This document shows positions 62,476-64,000 of a stretch of 64,000 bases of DNA, one piece after another. This stretch comes from Yuukianura sp. NJ FZ-2021. Taxonomy: Eukaryota. Position numbers and translations under genes: made by a program. The DNA lies in contig CM102289.1 of the NCBI GenBank assembly GCA_046563655.1, positions 4,278,001 to 4,342,000 of the forward strand, in the 5' to 3' direction. The notes beneath the pieces were generated by a model. That model searched no databases. It was not told the origin of the DNA and saw only the letters and a program-made list of their open reading frames with translations. How positions within the stretch are numbered: the first letter of the stretch is position 1; each line of letters opens with the position of its first letter.

Positions 62476-64000
62476 GTTGGATGAGATAGAGAAACGTAAA
62501 CTGGGACTTAACATGTTGCCTACGACTCTCAGTCCTGAGCACAGTACAAGTTAACGTTCGTAAAAAACGATTTACAAGCTAAGAACTTGGATTACAACTA
62601 CACAAGCCACGAACGACTATAATAAAAAAACCAAAACAAAGGTCGAGAGGATAATAGTACTCCTAATGGTCTGATAAATCAGAATCCTCAGCGTCCACAT
62701 GACCGAAAAAATGGATTGACTAAAAGTCTGAATTTTGATCTGAAAAAACTGGTGTCGAAGTTGTGGGCACTTGTAGGATTACTTTCTTGCAAGTTATTCT
62801 TAAGTTACGCATTAGACTTCTTACTTGTAATAAGGCGAGGTAAAATGCAACCCCATAATTAATGTTAAGGATTATAACATCATCCTCATTTTCGATTTAA
62901 TTAACTATCCTACCAGGAATATGATTAATGTTCGGAATCGGCTGAATTATTATTGAATTAAATTGATTTGAGACCCGAAGTTCGCGTTTTGCGTCCAATG
63001 AATTAATAGGGAATAGCAAACAGAATGCGGAATCGAATCAAATAAAAAGCTTTTACGATCTTTTAGAAAGAGGTCAAATTCAGCTTTTGAGTTTTTCGAA
63101 CATGTTGGAGTTTTGAATCAGACAGCAAAATATATCCAACCAATGATTCTGCCTTTCTGACGACATCTGGAAATTCGGAGCTACGAATACAAGTCCTATA
63201 AAACCCTGACTTCAATCCCAAAACTACATTTGCACTAAATCCGAAACATGTTGAATTCCGAGCTTTAGTCAGTCCCAATTTTGGTTTAAGTTTACTCTCT
63301 CTATTTGTAGTGGATGGATGACAGTTTCAATCAACTCAGGGATGTTAATCTTCTTTATTGATTACATTACTTGATTTATTTTATGTGTATATAAATAAAA
63401 TATAGTGAACCTCGCTGTCTTCAACGCTGTACATAGTGAAATTCTTGACTTATGGTAAGCATGAAACACAATCTAGCCCAGAGACAAAACAATATAACTT
63501 AAATTAATAATTGTTTCACCTTTAAGCTACATACCATCCTATAGTCATTTGCTAACTAACTTTAAAATTGGTGTGTAATACTCATGGAATGTAGAGCTAA
63601 TTACTGGTTCTTTATTTTGTAAGTGACAATTTATTCCCACCGATAATCATTTAGTGTAAAGCATGACGTGGACGAAGTCCCAACAATCTGGAAATGAAAA
63701 CACTGTCGAGGACAATCAGCGGAAAAAAATGGAGCCAGACGCGCTGTTTACACTGTTTGCGAATCACTGGACTCAGGTCTCCCATATAATGGAACGCTAT
63801 CGGGTGAGTGGATATCAAACTCATGTGAAATGAGATCACAATGTGGAAAACTAGAAGTTCTTTTTTTTTTAACTAAAATAAACTTGTAACTTACCTAAGC
63901 CAGCCTACTCACTCGTCAACTTATGAACATTGTAATCGAAATCGGCGCGATAGTTTTAAGGACTTCCTAACAAAAACTTGTTTTGTCTGTTCGCTCCTCA

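Overview
AT-rich eukaryotic (animal, probably arthropod) genomic DNA with compact multi-exon genes and short GT-AG introns. The taxon is an inference from gene content; the style fits a springtail-like hexapod but cannot be proved here. The left third (1-22 kb) is accessory. It holds a 5'-truncated ORF with a PPPDE/permuted-papain-like His...NC signature, an intact 2595-bp hAT transposon (19-bp TIRs, 8-bp TSD, spliced 656-aa transposase), and a small orphan repeat protein. It also holds a secreted plant-type L-gulonolactone-oxidase-like flavoenzyme, an FMRFamide-receptor-like GPCR preceded by a disrupted signal-peptide/LRR-like ectodomain, and a complete but divergent type I fatty acid synthase. 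The rest carries conserved genes: RPAP1, FoxQ2 (within long non-coding flanks), a secreted tandem lipocalin-like protein, PRC1 head-to-head with HELZ, a divergent Roadblock/LC7 dynein light chain, and STOML2. The most striking non-coding signal is a ~245-bp unit duplicated downstream of the HELZ stop. Each copy contains a stem-loop with opposing U6 tracts, the architecture of an ENE poly(A)-capturing triple-helix element, and a Helitron-type 3' end lies exactly at the end of copy 1. All gene models were assembled by eye from splice signals and frame continuity; no database search was run.
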